Below the pieces are notes generated by a model, which had not been told where the DNA came from, did not search any database, and was given only the letters and a program-made list of their open reading frames with translations. From Eledone cirrhosa (lineage: Eukaryota): a stretch of DNA of 64,000 bases. Below, in pieces: positions 1-12,048 of the stretch (positions are counted from its first letter, which is position 1; every line of letters begins with the position of its first letter). The stretch spans positions 55,180,001 through 55,244,000 of the forward strand of contig OZ024748.1 of the NCBI GenBank assembly GCA_964016885.1, read 5' to 3'. Both the position numbers and the translations under genes were made by a program.

Positions 1-147
1 TACTGGTAGTTTCTTTTATCAACACCGTAAGGATGAAAAGCAAAGCTAACTTCTGCGGGACTTGATAAATCAGAACATATATGGCCGTAACTCTATAACA
101 CGAAGAATGGTGTCCGACGCTCTACCGATACAGCCAGTCTACTACCC
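1..147 (-). mobile_element. tRNA-derived SINE family A, partial copy
   Basis: Reverse complement of the family A consensus seen at 33637-33830 (ggcagtatcggtagag...gagttcaaatcccgccgagg...gcctttcatccttacggggtcgataaa). Confidence 0.8.
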
Positions 148-211
148 ATTACCTAGTAATACATTTTACTACTTTAGGTGAAAGGCCAGCAGTCTAGAAA
201 GGTATTATAAT

Positions 212-394
212 AATTGTTTCTATTTTAGGAACAAGGCCAGCAATTACCCAGGGTATAACTGGTACGTTATTTTATCGACCCTGTAAGGATGAAAGGCAAA
301 GTTAACCTTAGCGGGATTTGAACTTAGACCGTAAGGGACCCTAACTCTATGCATGGTGTCCGACTCTCTACCGATACTACCAATCAATCGCCCT
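212..394 (-). mobile_element. SINE family A, near full length
   Basis: Reverse complement holds an A-box-like head, B-box gagttcaaatcc, central gcctttcatcctta..gggtcgataaa and tail ttgctggccttgt..ctaaa.tagaaacaatt. Confidence 0.85.
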
Positions 395-554
395 AAAATG
401 TATTATAATAATGAAATATAAAAAAAATCGGCAGACATATAGATACACACATAAATATAGGTAAGGACCCGTAACTTCTTGCGAAGACGATCCCCTTTCC
501 AAGTCTGAACATTTCCGATTACTTTTAGAAAAAGTGAGAGAGATAGAGAGGGAG

Positions 555-1012
555 AATCGACCTTAGGATAAAAGGCAAATTGACCCCGGTGGGATTTGAA
601 CTTACAGCCGTAGCGAATACTGAAAATAATTTTATGCAATGTTCTAATGCCTCAGACAATTAACCACCTGCATAAATAAATGCTTCTTTCTTCGGTAACT
701 CCCGAGGGAGACATAGGACGAAAAGGTGTTGCTATGGCATTTTAAAACCTGGCGGAATCCATCCCCTCTCCAGGTGTGAATACAGCAAATTTTTCCCAGA
801 GAAGGATAGAAAGAAAGAGAATGAAAGTGAGAAAGAGATACAGAGGAAACATCAACCCTAGTACTTGACTGCTACCTTTTTATCAACCTCGAATGGAGGA
901 AATCAAAGTTGACCTCGACGGGATTTGAATTCAGTGAGGAGAGGAGAGAACTAGAACGAACACCACAAATCATTCTATCGGATGTTCAAATGATGCTGCC
1001 AATTCGCTGCCT
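555..1012 (-). mobile_element. Two older, degenerate SINE family A-related copies (about 555-670 and 855-1012)
   Basis: Both contain ggatttgaact/ggatttgaatt and aaggcaaa/aatcaaagttgacctcg motifs. Confidence 0.6.
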
Positions 1013-1273
1013 CTACAGAAATATACACACACTGGCAATTTCATTCCTTCTACACCCATGTAAATACATGTACTAGAATACATAAAAGCAAGTGGTGATA
1101 ATTACTCCGTCGGTTTCGACGATCACCGTTCAGTTATTTGACCAAATAAATACACATCTGAAAAAATAACATGAATATTTGAATATTTCACAGAGACGTG
1201 TGCCCTTAATGTAAATACCAAGCAGAATTAACATGACAGAATATGTAGCAAGGCAGGGTCCTCGAACTATAGA

Positions 1274-1457
1274 TACGTGGGTGGGCTGCATGGTTCAGAG
1301 GCTGGCTATGAAAGTGTGATGCTGGAGCTGCGAAATCTTGCATGCAATAATTCCAACTCTTTGTTTCATTCCAGGAACAATCTTGGAAATCAGTCTCGTT
1401 TGGTCATTCCATAAGAGAATTTTGGTCAGCCTGTGACCCTTTCAACCGATCCTCGTC
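1274..1457 (-). mobile_element. Mariner/Tc1-type MITE, homologous to 43107-43310
   Basis: Shares internal sequence with 43107-43310 in opposite orientation (gaaatcttgcatgca; tttggtcattcc.t.agag.at.ttggtc.gcct). Termini resemble degenerate TACGAGG. Confidence 0.6.
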
Positions 1458-1795
1458 CAGTCCATCAGACGTCTTACCATATTCTCACCATCGACCTAAA
1501 TAACACCCAGAAGACGTGGGGCGACCCGGAGTTATAAGAAAAACATTTACACTATGTATCATCGAACCGAGAACCGAGTGATTGTGAAGTAAACTACTTA
1601 AGACACAGTGAAGAACTCCATTGTGTTTGATGAACAGATTGATAACAAAAATGGAGCTGATACTTAACCGATTAAAGATCAGAGTCGGTCATTTGTGAAA
1701 CACGTGTTACGCGTGTTTACGAATCAAATTTATATTGATCTGAACCTTTGATCTCCATCATAATGTGTACCGAGGCACAGGCACACACGTATATA

Positions 1796-1868
<73 letters not shown>

Positions 1869-1920
1869 GTGTATGTCTATGTATGTATATATACTTATAT
1901 ATATATATATATACACATAT

Positions 1921-2122
1921 ATAAGTTTAGCCAAGGTTCAATCGGGGGTAACCACAGTAAGTAAGGTACTCAATACATAGCAGAGTATAAATATTTAATA
2001 TAGAAATGGCTTCTACAGGAGTAGAACTGTTTCATTCGGGAGAAATCATCAAGAAACCCTGATGATTTCTCCCGACTGAAACAGTTCTAGTACTGTAGAA
2101 GCCATTTCTATATTAAATATAA
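1921..2122 (-). mobile_element. Hammerhead-bearing short element (family H1) with inverted arm, in (TA)n; probable Penelope-like pseudo-LTR remnant
   Basis: Inverted arms at about 1990-2050 and 2061-2122. The tail at 1921-1990 is the reverse complement of 51795-51870. Both flanks are (TA)n. Confidence 0.75.
2059..2102 (+). ncRNA. Type I hammerhead ribozyme motif (H1); mirror copy on the - strand at 2009-2057
   Basis: CTGATGA tttctcccgact GAAA cag-ttctagta-ctg TA gaagc. The - strand copy keeps stem I (gtttc/gaagc) but has TTGATGA. Confidence 0.7.
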
Positions 2123-2140
2123 ATACATATATATATATAT

Positions 2141-2800
2141 ATGAATGTATATATAGTGTATTTTGCAATACACTGTATGCTTAATTAAAAGCATTTCGAA
2201 GACCTTACGCTATTGTTTTAGAGTAGTGACAGTCTCACTTACTTAACATTTTCAGCAAACAGGGGAGATAAAGCTGACAGAACTCTGTTTCGTACTTTTT
2301 GGTACTTATCAAAGCTAGGTACTCCACATGTTTGCTGAAAATCATGAATGTTTGATTCTTATAGTATTCTAGTAATAATCAGGAACTGATTATACAGAGC
2401 GGTTGCCGGTCAAGCAGCAATTGAACATTAGAATTTGTGATCTGAAATAGCAATATATATATCTGAATGTATATATAGTGTACTTTGCAATAGACTGTAT
2501 GCTTATTTAAAAGCATTTCAAAGACTTTACGTTATTGTTTTAGAGTAGTGACAAACATTCATGATTTTCAGCAAACAGGTGGGGTACTTAGCTTTGATAA
2601 GTACCAAAAAGTACGAAACAGAGCTATGTCAGCTTTATCTCCCCTGTTTGCTAAACATTTAAAGTAAGTGAGACTGTCACTACTCTAAAACAATAGCGTA
2701 AGGTCTTCGAAATGCTTTTAATTATGCATACAGTGTATTGCAAAATACACTATATATACATTCATATATATATAGCTATTTCAGAGCACCAATTGTAATT
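2141..2800. mobile_element. Large inverted-repeat element (family H2) with degenerate hammerhead in both arms
   Basis: Arms of about 210 bp at 2141-2354 and 2553-2766, plus a partial third copy at 2464-2552. The motif agct TTGATAA gtac-caaaaa-gtac GAAA cagag..ctg/atg TC agct lies at 2590-2634 (+) and 2272-2316 (-). Confidence 0.7.
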
Positions 2801-2888
2801 TATTTATATATATGTATATATATATATATATATATATTAAAATAACAGATTAAAGACAGTTCATAGATAGATAGGTAGGTAGGTAGGG

Positions 2889-2956
<68 letters not shown>

Positions 2957-3185
2957 GTGTGTGAGTCCTGGGATGTGTGTGTAAAATGCGATATACAGTA
3001 GCTCGTCAGTTGGCCAACGATGACAGGTACACTAATAACCAACATAGTTGCTGAGGTTGTGTACTAGAATTGGGTCGGTAAACAAAATGAGTTCACCCTC
3101 TCTCTCCCTCTCACACATAACATAGATATATATAGATATATGTATGAAATTATATGCTGCATCTTTTGTTTATTCCCTCCGCCTT

Positions 3186-3225
<40 letters not shown>

Positions 3226-3298
3226 GTATGAAATTGTATGTTGCATCTTTTGTTTGTTCCTCCGCCTTGCACACACACACACACACACACCTACACAT

Positions 3299-3348
<50 letters not shown>

Positions 3349-3877
3349 TTAGATCATTTTACACACACCCACACACGCAGAGACACACACCAGCTAAATG
3401 ACTGATTACAATGTGAACTTGGGAAACTTTTGAAGTCGATATTTTACCTATAAATATCAAGTGTTCACTACCAAAATTCTAATTACTAAGATACACCTAA
3501 CTACAAAAGATGTTTAGATTAAAAGATAGAGAGACATAAAGACAGTGAGTATCAGAGATGGACGAATAATTAAAAAGATACAGTTCATAGATAGGTAGGG
3601 AGGTATATATTATATATATATATATATAGATAGATATATATATATATATATAGAGAGAGAGAATAGATATAGACTGAGAGACAAAGAGGGGAGATCGACA
3701 GGTTGATAAATAGGTCAGGATTTGACCAGTTTAGAACTAGTAAGTCGACTCGATGCTAGGTTTAGAAGAGTGTAACTGTACTAGAGATAGTTGGGACCCG
3801 ACTGCTGAGATGTTGCCATTTGGATAGTTAATTCCAGACTAGAATTTATTAATAAATATATACATATATATATATAT

Positions 3878-4225
3878 ATAGAATTCACAAGAATCAAAGC
3901 TATATTCAAAGCATTTATTCACTTACAATTGTTTCATCCAAACCTAGGCTTGGAGTCTTCGGAGCATTTTTCAATGTTTGTACACATAAAAGTACAGAAA
4001 GGAGTTAATTATGTGTACAAACATTGAAAAATGCTCTGAAGAATCCAAGCCTAGGTTTGGATGAAACAATTGTAAGTGAATAAATGCTTTGAACATTGCT
4101 TTGATTCTTGTGAATTCTATATAACTGCTCTGTAGAACAACTGATGTTATTACATTGAGCTATTTATCTTACTGGTAATAAGGTAATAATAAATTACTTA
4201 CCTTCACTGTTTAGGGTTTAAAATA
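3878..4225 (+). mobile_element. Hammerhead-bearing element (family H3): inverted arm + direct arm + tail
   Basis: Arms at 3878-3988 and 4008-4122. The tail at 4123-4225 contains cattgagcta. Flanks are TA-rich. Confidence 0.8.
4033..4077 (+). ncRNA. Minimal type I hammerhead ribozyme (H3)
   Basis: gct CTGAAGA atccaagc-ctag-gtttggat GAAA caattg TA agt, with a loopless palindromic stem III (ACAATTGT). The mirror copy at 3921-3965 (-) has CCGAAGA. Confidence 0.8.
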
Positions 4226-4641
4226 TATATAACTATAAAAAGTTTTAGTATATACATAACCATAAATAGTATCCTCAATATTAATATTACATATATATAT
4301 ATATATATATATAAAGAGAGATTGATAAATTGATAGATAGAAAGACAGATATATAGTGACGTGGATGGGTGAGCAGACTAAACGATAAATATTGTTATTG
4401 AAAGAGGTATAGAGAGACATAAGTAATGTGAGAAGTAATACTTACGTAATAGGTCAATGCCCTCACCTGCTTAAAACCCCCGTTGACTATTTAATTTAAT
4501 CGCACCGCTGCTCACCTATCTGTATATCTGTCACTGTTTCATACCTATGTCTACATACATGATTGTGTTATTGTGTATTGCAATACTATGCTAGTGTATG
4601 TGTATGTGTGTATATATATATATATATGTATATATGTATAT

Positions 4642-5110
4642 GATAAAATAAAACAATGACGAGTGGTTACTCCTTCATTACGTTTATTGGTTGGCGACGC
4701 GCGTTTCGCTACCGATCAGCTTAATGTTCGATTTGTATCGATCTAGCTCGACTCTGTAACCAGCGCGTCCTCTCAGAAGTAACCGTCTCCAACTGATCCG
4801 GCTGTATTCCCAAGCTGACTAACCAAGGTCATAGATACTATGCAACCATCTTGCTCGGGGTCTATCCCTGGGTTTCTTGCCGGTTGGTTTTGCCCGTCAA
4901 ATCTGTCCAGCAATTCTTTCCTGAGACATTCTAACCACATGCTCATGGCAAGTAAGTCAGTACCAAATATACATAGTCAGGTCTCCCGCAACTAAACAGG
5001 AAATCCTTTCAAGCTTGCTTCGTGAGAACAGGGATTATTGGACAATATGCAGGACGAAAAGCACAACCTGGTGAACAAGATCGGGTAAACACAGTACAGC
5101 CAATGGCTAT
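4642..5110 (-). mobile_element. Element with degenerate long-stem-II hammerhead (family H4), homologous to 52200-52320
   Basis: The - strand has gcGAAACGCGCGTC at about 4696-4709. Internal sequence aligns with 52236-52317 (gatcagct.aa, cgatct.g..cgactctg). The CTGATGA core is disrupted here and the right boundary is uncertain. Confidence 0.55.
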
Positions 5111-5431
5111 CTAATGGACCATTTACATACTCGAACATAAAGAGGTGTAATTGCATGTATATATAAAGACCCATAGGAAATAAATTCTTGCTTTGACCAA
5201 TCCCACACATACATACACACAACCCGCACATACATGTCAGTTCTGATGTGTGCCTGTGCTTCTGTCTGTCTATTTCTGTGTGTGAGGTATATGATAACCA
5301 CGTTGCTCTTGGATTACTAATAGATACACATGTATTTGTACACTCAGAGGAGTCTGTACGTTTCTACTTATGAGTGTGTCTTTCTAGTTTCTACTCGTGC
5401 ATGCTTGTATGTTTGTGTAACTATGGGAGAC

Positions 5432-5652
5432 AATAATGGTTCCTTAAATAGGCACAAGACCAGCAATTTTGGGGAAGGGCAAAGTCGATTAGATCGACCC
5501 CAGTGCGTGACTGGTACTTTATTTTATCGACTCTGTAAGGATGAAAGGCAAAGTTAACCTCGACAGGATTTGAACTCAGATCATATAGGACAGTAACTCT
5601 ATGCTGCAAAGCATGGCGTCCGACCCTCTACCGATACTGCCAATCCACCGCC
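5432..5652 (-). mobile_element. SINE family A, full length with long tail variant
   Basis: Reverse complement of the family consensus, including the ggggtcgat..aatcgactt tail. A second tail fragment lies on + at 5698-5760. Confidence 0.85.
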
Positions 5653-5999
5653 AAATGAAAGTCAATAATAAACGGGCGTATTTCTTTTTTGTTTCATTAA
5701 AGTACCAGTAATGCACTGAGTATTTGCTGGCCTTGTGCCTAAAAGTAGAAACAATTATTATTTCTGATATTGTGTGTGTGATATGCAGTTATCTCTTTCT
5801 TTAGACAACTTACATGAGTCTTAGTCTATTTATGTATCTGATTTCATGAGAGTAAATTAGTGGGACAGACATAACAGCTGCCACCGACCATGTGTACACA
5901 ACTTTGCTATTAAAGCTCAAAACAAAAATATGACAATAAAACATAACGACAGAAGAAATTAGATAAATAACGAAATAAAAATATTTGTATAATATATAT

Positions 6000-6053
<54 letters not shown>

Positions 6054-6235
6054 ATGTATGTATATACAGGATACATACAAATAATTTTATTTAGTGATTT
6101 ATGTATCTCTCTCTCTCTCTATATATATATAGTAAATAATAATAATAATAAAATTGCATGAATCAGATAACAAACAATGTCATAACGTGTTACAAGTTTG
6201 GCAACGCCCTTGTAAATTATTGGTGTATGTGCATG

Positions 6236-6284
<49 letters not shown>

Positions 6285-6465
6285 ATATATATGTGCATGT
6301 GTATATATATGTATATATATATATGTGCATGTGCATATATATGTATATATATATATGTGCATGTGTATATATATGTATCTATATATGTATCTATATAAGT
6401 ATCTATCTATATCTCTATATATATATATATATATGTGTGTGTGTATATATGTATCTGTATATGTG

Positions 6466-6530
<65 letters not shown>

Positions 6531-6721
6531 GTATATATATATGAATCTGTATATGTGTGTATATATATATATATCTGTATATGTGTATATATTCTATATA
6601 TATATATATATATATTTATATATGCGTATATATATGTATCTATATATGTATGTGTATATATATATATGTATCTATCTATATATAATATATATATGTATAT
6701 ATATGTATCTATCTATAATTC

Positions 6722-7110
6722 TATATAATAAAGAAGAAATTAAAAGATGGTTAAAAGAGTTTCATATATTTTATTATGCGCATTTCGAATACAAAATCAT
6801 CCTGGGACAAAAATTGTGTTCTCATCAGATAAAATAAGGTAACATGATATGGAACATAATAGCACATGTGTACAGGAAAGTGCTATTATGCCTCATATCA
6901 TGTTACCTTCTTTTATCTGATGAGAACACAATTTTTGTCCCAGGATGATTTTGTATTCGAAATGTGCATAATAAAATATGAGAAACTCTTTTAACCATCT
7001 TTTAATTTCTTCTTTATTATATATACTCCAGTTCTACCAACTGTTGAGTGCTACTTATCTGATATATGCAGAATTTTATTGTTCTACAATATTACTCACC
7101 TTCTACATTA
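6722..7110 (+). mobile_element. Hammerhead-bearing element (family H5): inverted arm + direct arm + tail
   Basis: Arms at 6722-6852 and 6894-7024. The tail contains gttgagtgc (7043-7051). It is embedded in (TA)n and homologous to 50370-50760. Confidence 0.8.
6911..6976 (+). ncRNA. Type I hammerhead ribozyme (H5); mirror copy at 6769-6834 (-)
   Basis: ttttat CTGATGA gaacacaa...ttgtattc GAAA tgtgca TA ataaaa. The mirror copy has the perfect palindromic stem III ATGCGCAT. Confidence 0.8.
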
Positions 7111-7122
7111 TCTCGCTCTCTC

Positions 7123-7183
<61 letters not shown>

Positions 7184-7207
7184 TATGTATCTATGTATAT
7201 ATATGTA

Positions 7208-7238
<31 letters not shown>

Positions 7239-7379
7239 GTATCTATATATATATATATGTGTATATATATATATGTATCTATATATATATCTATCAATAT
7301 ATCTATCTATACATATATCTATCAATATATCTATCTATCTATATATATATTTGTATATATATATATGTGTATATATATA

Positions 7380-7427
<48 letters not shown>

Positions 7428-7523
7428 ATGTATATATACATGTACATATATATGTATATATATATATGTATATATATATGTATATATATGTATATATGTA
7501 TATATATATATGTATGTATATTT

Positions 7524-7860
7524 AAAGGTTAAACAAGGTTTAATGAATAAATCAAAGAATGAGTTTTACAATAGATTGGAACCACTCAACAGTAGTGGTT
7601 TTCCGGAGTTATTAATATTAATTCAAAATATTAACAAAAATAGACATTCGTGTGATCAAGTATATTTTATTATACATATTTCAGAGGTACTGAGCTATCT
7701 TCAACAGTACGACCTCATCAGATAAAATAAGATGATACATGACATACCCTGACATACTAGATGGTTAAGATTCAGTCATGGCACTACCATGACTGAAATA
7801 TGTATAATAAAATATACTTGATCACACGAATGTCTATTTTTGTTAATATTTTGAATAAAT
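7524..7860 (-). mobile_element. Hammerhead-bearing element (family H6) with partial inverted arm
   Basis: Inverted arms at 7621-7684 and 7792-7856. A - strand hammerhead at 7663-7729 reads tattttat CTGATGA ggtcgtactg...cagtacctct GAAA tatgta TA ataaaata. Confidence 0.7.
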
Positions 7861-7863
7861 ATG

Positions 7864-7897
<34 letters not shown>

Positions 7898-8089
7898 TAT
7901 ATGTATATGTATATATATATGTATATATATATGTATATATATATATGTATATATATATGTATATGTATATATGTATATATATATGTATATATATATGTAT
8001 ATATATATGTATATATATATGTATATATATATGTATATATATATGTATATATATATATGTATATATATATATGTATATATATATGTATG

Positions 8090-8522
8090 TCAGTCACCAG
8101 TTGGTGCTACTGGTAAGCTGTATCCCAGTACAACCTGTGTCATGGTCGGGTCGTAGGCGACTAAACTGGCAACCCCACCAAGATTTCTTGGTGAGGAGGG
8201 TAACTTTGGACATCCTGCAGGACTAAAAACAAAACCTGTCAAAGGGAAAAGGCGCTCTTAAGAGTCAATGGCCATCCAAAATCACCGGGAGAGATGACCA
8301 CTTAGCCTTTGTCAAGGCAGAATTCTAGGAGAAGGAAATCTCTGATATAACCCCTGCAACCTTGATGGTATCCAATGATGTTGACTTGTTCTTCTTTTTG
8401 GTAAATATCATCTTGGTTAAGAGAGTGGGACTGGCTTTGTGCAGTGCCTTTGCTCACTATAAAAGCTTCACGGCACAGGCATTGCTTTATATCTGGAGAT
8501 CTCTCTGCACTTTTCGTCACAT

Positions 8523-8526
<4 letters not shown>
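8090..8526 (+). mobile_element. Non-coding repeat family R (RTE 5'-UTR-like), 5' part
   Basis: Highly similar to 40290-40842 and 24983-25302. It contains aggcag..ttctaggagaaggaaa.ctctga, which resembles a motif I recall from RTE-clade 5' UTRs. Flanks are (TA)n. Confidence 0.65.
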
Positions 8527-8577
<51 letters not shown>

Positions 8578-8729
8578 GTTCTTCTGGGTTTATAATTATG
8601 TATATAAGGATATATATATAAATATATGTGTGTATATATATATATATATATACTTGCAATTGTGCAGCAGGTAGATATTGTGTTTCCGAACCTTTTAAAA
8701 TTATATTTGTCTATGCAATGGTAAATCAT

Positions 8730-9070
8730 GGACACCAGGATTAGCAGACATTCACTGATAATGGTAATCTCCAACCACATCTATGTTGATCATAAAGCCT
8801 TACAATCAAAAGAAGTAGATCAAGCCAGGGAAAAAAAAAAAAAAAAAAAAAAAAAAACTACTTCTAGATAGAGTAAAGAAATTAGCTATAAGAGTTAGTC
8901 TGTTCTTTAATACTAAGTAAACAAGTTATGCAATTAAATCGTACAGACTCGTACAGACTCGCTAACACAAAATCAGAGCAGTCGCTGAAAGTTGGCGAAA
9001 ATATTAAATATCTAAGAGTCTAGATAATCAGTTCAGAAAAAAATATATCAGCATATCAACTTGAAGGCAT
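8730..9070 (+). pseudogene. Heavily decayed RTE-like reverse transcriptase fragment
   Basis: Manual translation across frameshifts gives RISRHSLIMVISNHIYVDHKALQSKEVDQA..LLLDRVKKLAIRVSLFFNTK..SLKVGENIKYLRV*IISSEKNI, which resembles the FADD..GL.LN..KT..FKYLGS region. Confidence 0.5.
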
Positions 9071-9266
9071 TCGCTCGCGTGACAATATCGTAGAGGCGGA
9101 AGACATCTTGAATCTTTATATCTCCTTAGTTCGAACAGAAGATCGGCTGATATGATATTACGCACGCACGCACACACACAGAGAGTCAATCACACACATA
9201 TGTATGTATGTTCTTCTGGGTTTATAATTATGTATGGATGTACGTATATATATATATATATATAAA

Positions 9267-9314
<48 letters not shown>

Positions 9315-9318
9315 TATG

Positions 9319-9366
<48 letters not shown>

Positions 9367-9872
9367 TTTATATATATATATATATATAAATATATGTATA
9401 TATATATATATATATATAAATATATGTATATATATATATATATATATAAATATATGTATATATATATATATATATATAAATATATGTATATATATATATA
9501 TATATATAAATATATGTATATATATATATATATATATAAATATATGTATATATATATATATATATATATAAATATATGTATATATATATATATATATAAA
9601 TATATGTATATATATATATATATATAAATATATGTATATATATATATATATATAAATATATGTATATATATATATATATATAAATATATGTATATATATA
9701 TATATATATAAATATATGTATATATATATATATATATATAAATATATGTATATATATATATATAAATATATGTATATATATATATATATAAATATATGTA
9801 TATATATATATATATATAAATATATGTATATATATATATATATAAATATATGTATATATATATATATATAAA

Positions 9873-9948
<76 letters not shown>

Positions 9949-9974
9949 AATATATGTATATATATATATATAAA

Positions 9975-10028
<54 letters not shown>

Positions 10029-10089
10029 TATATAAATATATGTATATATATATAAATATATGTATATATATTTATATATATATATACAT

Positions 10090-10391
10090 ATATATACACA
10101 GACACCCGGATGTGGCGCATGCGCAGACTGAGCACACAACACTCACACAGAAACAAAATGGCGTAGGACAGAACAAAGGAGAGGCACAGAAACAAAGAAA
10201 GGAATCCCCAGTCACTGAAGAGGTCACAGAGTGTGTGACGAAAGAACTATGACTATATATAAACAACTATCTGGTTGTGGAACCAACCAACCAACAGAAA
10301 TTTATAAATTTATAAATATATAATAAATTGAAGTGAAAGCAACTGGTGCGTGTGTTTCTTATTGGCAACATGACCCTCGCAAAGTATAACA

Positions 10392-10392
<1 letters not shown>
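10090..10392 (+). mobile_element. Hammerhead-bearing element (family H7), homologous to 61722-61986 (-)
   Basis: Two dispersed copies, both in (TA)n. The hammerhead at 10210-10254 reads agtca CTGAAGA g-gtcaca..tgtgac GAAA gaac TA tgact. Confidence 0.7.
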
Positions 10393-10440
<48 letters not shown>

Positions 10441-10486
10441 TATGTATATATATAAATATAAATATATGTATATATATAAATATATG

Positions 10487-10530
<44 letters not shown>

Positions 10531-10538
10531 AATGTATG

Positions 10539-10572
<34 letters not shown>

Positions 10573-10629
10573 AATATATGTATATATATATTTATATATA
10601 TAAATATATGTATATATATATATATATAT

Positions 10630-10858
10630 ATTGGCAAACGGAATAGAAAATGCTGACAAATTGAGCAAACAGCACGGACACTCTATCTCAAAATTATTTT
10701 TGAAAAGCATTTAGAAATGCGCAACCGGTAAAAACTTAAAAACTTAAAACCACAACTGAATACTAACTCATACAATCACTAATACTCTTTTATTCCTAAT
10801 TAAACCATTTTTCAACTGTGAACAATTTGTCAGCATTTTCTATTCCGTTTACCAATAT
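10630..10858 (-). mobile_element. Short element with ~33-bp terminal inverted repeats in (TA)n; homologous to 56870-57060
   Basis: ttggcaaacggaatagaaaatgctgacaaattg pairs with caatttgtcagcattttctattccgtttaccaa. The internal part matches 56885-57040 and 16948-17000. Confidence 0.65.
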
Positions 10859-10885
10859 ATAATAACTTGTGTGTTACACCTCTAT

Positions 10886-10958
<73 letters not shown>

Positions 10959-11209
10959 TATGTATATATATATAAATATATGTATATATATATAAATATA
11001 TGTATATATATATAAATATGTATATATTTAAATATATGTATATATATAAATATATGTATATATATATATATATATGTATATATATAAATATATGTATATA
11101 TATAAATATATGTATTTATATATATATATGTATATATATAAATATATGTATATATATAAATATATGTATTTATATATATATATGTATATATATAAATATA
11201 TGTATATAT

Positions 11210-11345
11210 AGGAACCAGTAAGACCCCGACAGCTGAGCTCAAGCCGTTTCGACGGCTAATTCTGGACTCACTCTACTACCCCAAGTATTGAGTACTTTGG
11301 TGCGTTAAGGTCCACCTGGTTCCTTACTACATTTCCTTCGTTATA
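11210..11345 (+). mobile_element. Family H8 element (truncated hammerhead half + tail)
   Basis: Shares sequence with 11772-12048, 37717-37873 and 60280-60452. The tail contains attgagtac. Confidence 0.75.
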
Positions 11346-11347
11346 TC

Positions 11348-11378
<31 letters not shown>

Positions 11379-11379
11379 G

Positions 11380-11412
<33 letters not shown>

Positions 11413-11431
11413 GTATATATATATATATGTA

Positions 11432-11498
<67 letters not shown>

Positions 11499-11507
11499 GT
11501 ATATATG

Positions 11508-11590
<83 letters not shown>

Positions 11591-11617
11591 GTATATATAT
11601 ATATATGTATATATGTA

Positions 11618-12048
<431 letters not shown>

